Positions 63,407 through 64,000 of a stretch of DNA of 64,000 nucleotides are shown here, one piece after another; within the stretch, counting starts at the first letter, position 1; each line of letters opens with the position of its first letter. Both the position numbers and the translations under genes were made by a program. Under the pieces are notes generated by a model. That model made no database searches. It saw only the letters and a program-made list of their open reading frames with translations, and was not told where the DNA came from. Source of the DNA: an uncultured Candidatus Saccharibacteria bacterium (GTDB taxonomy: Bacteria > Patescibacteriota > Minisyncoccia > Minisyncoccales > UBA10102). The stretch lies in contig CAYHVI010000001.1 in NCBI GenBank assembly GCA_964359655.1, forward strand, positions 3,164 to 67,163, written 5' to 3'.

Positions 63407-64000
63407 ATGTCAGGGCATAGTCACTGGGCAGGCATTAAACATAAAAAAGGTTTAGCTGACGCCAAACGAAGTCAGATTTTTTCAAAATTGGCAAAAGAAC
63501 TCACCATTGCTGCGAGAGAAAGTGGGGGCGGCAATCCCATGGCTCATCCAAGGGTCAGAACCGTTATGGAGAAGGCAAAAGAAGTAAATATGCCTTCAGA
63601 AAATGTAGAAAGGGCAATAAAAAAGGGTACCGGGGAAGATACCGTGCAGCTTGAGGAAATGTTTATTGAAGCATACGGACCCGGAGGAATTGCGCTTTTA
63701 ATCTCTGCGATTACCGATAACCGCAATCGCACCATAGGTGAAATTAAGCAGGTATTGCAAAGAAATCAAGGGAAAATGGTGGAGGGAGGCGCAGTAAGAT
63801 GGCTTTTTGAACGCAAAGGAGTGGCAACCGTAGATCAAAGCGAAACAAATCTTGCTCTTCAAAAAGAAGCGTTCGAGCTTCTCGCAATTGAGGCTGGCGC
63901 AGAAGACCTTTATTGGCACAACCGCAACCTTGATATGTATGCCAATCCTGCGAACCTAGCTTCTCTCAAGGAAAAACTCCAGGAAAAGGGGCTACAGGTC
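63407..64000 (+). CDS. yebC: YebC/PmpR-family transcriptional regulator (3' truncated by window edge)
   Basis: MSGHSHWAGIKHKKG… signature. The ORF is open to the window end and so is missing from the ORF track. Confidence 0.8.
   Translation, partial: MSGHSHWAGIKHKKGLADAKRSQIFSKLAKELTIAARESGGGNPMAHPRVRTVMEKAKEVNMPSENVERAIKKGTGEDTVQLEEMFIEAYGPGGIALLISAITDNRNRTIGEIKQVLQRNQGKMVEGGAVRWLFERKGVATVDQSETNLALQKEAFELLAIEAGAEDLYWHNRNLDMYANPANLASLKEKLQEKGLQV

Overview
This window looks like a low-GC (~40%), gene-dense, mostly minus-strand genome fragment with a streamlined Patescibacteria/CPR-like gene set. That gene set includes a short MetRS, a split-free GlyRS, stand-alone REC domains, PolX, NIF3, a PilB-like ATPase, and abundant small hypothetical proteins.

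The confident core is housekeeping:
- Translation and RNA: ddl (5' partial), tatD, metG, rsmI, glyS, metK, recO, ileS, argS, smpB with an adjacent tmRNA, infC-rpmI-rplT, tsaE, rpsT, tRNA-Arg(CCG), a SpoU methyltransferase and yebC (3' partial).
- Replication and repair: polX, greA, ruvA/uvrB (divergent), holA, polA, ruvB.
- Envelope and metabolism: a Mur ligase, and a phosphoketolase-acetyl-CoA synthetase pair.

Several compositionally distinct (GC ~50-60%) islands are embedded in this backbone:
- a lone trpE-like gene (0.8-2.3 kb)
- an Lrp/AsnC regulator (23.9-24.3 kb)
- an Ntn asparaginase (32.0-32.9 kb)
- a four-gene module with a two-HTH regulator, a hypothetical, a GHKL-ATPase and a Cas4-like Fe-S PD-(D/E)xK nuclease (37.3-41.9 kb), followed by VIT and acylphosphatase genes
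- a 608-aa protein with a C-terminal HicA-like domain abutting tRNA-Arg (44.0-45.8 kb)
- three unknown genes, two of them tandem paralogs (48.9-50.7 kb)

The most unusual signals I can read directly from the sequence are:
1. Two paralogous short PaaX-family wHTH proteins, each bracketed by a pair of its own ~38-40 bp palindromes centred on CCWWGG.
2. An isoleucyl-tRNA synthetase carrying a ~200-aa histidine-phosphatase (RHG) domain inserted in the catalytic core.
3. At least eight short, low-complexity tandem-repeat insertions that are in-frame inside conserved housekeeping genes and fall into three recurring sequence families.
4. The GHKL-ATPase/Cas4-like nuclease island as a candidate undescribed defence module.

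I also note a Doc toxin with an HTH antitoxin, a MITE-like 22-bp terminal-inverted-repeat element, domain fusions (phosphoketolase+CoA-binding; PRTase+Lrp) and many rho-independent terminators. I found no CRISPR array, no rRNA and no recognisable transposase or integrase.
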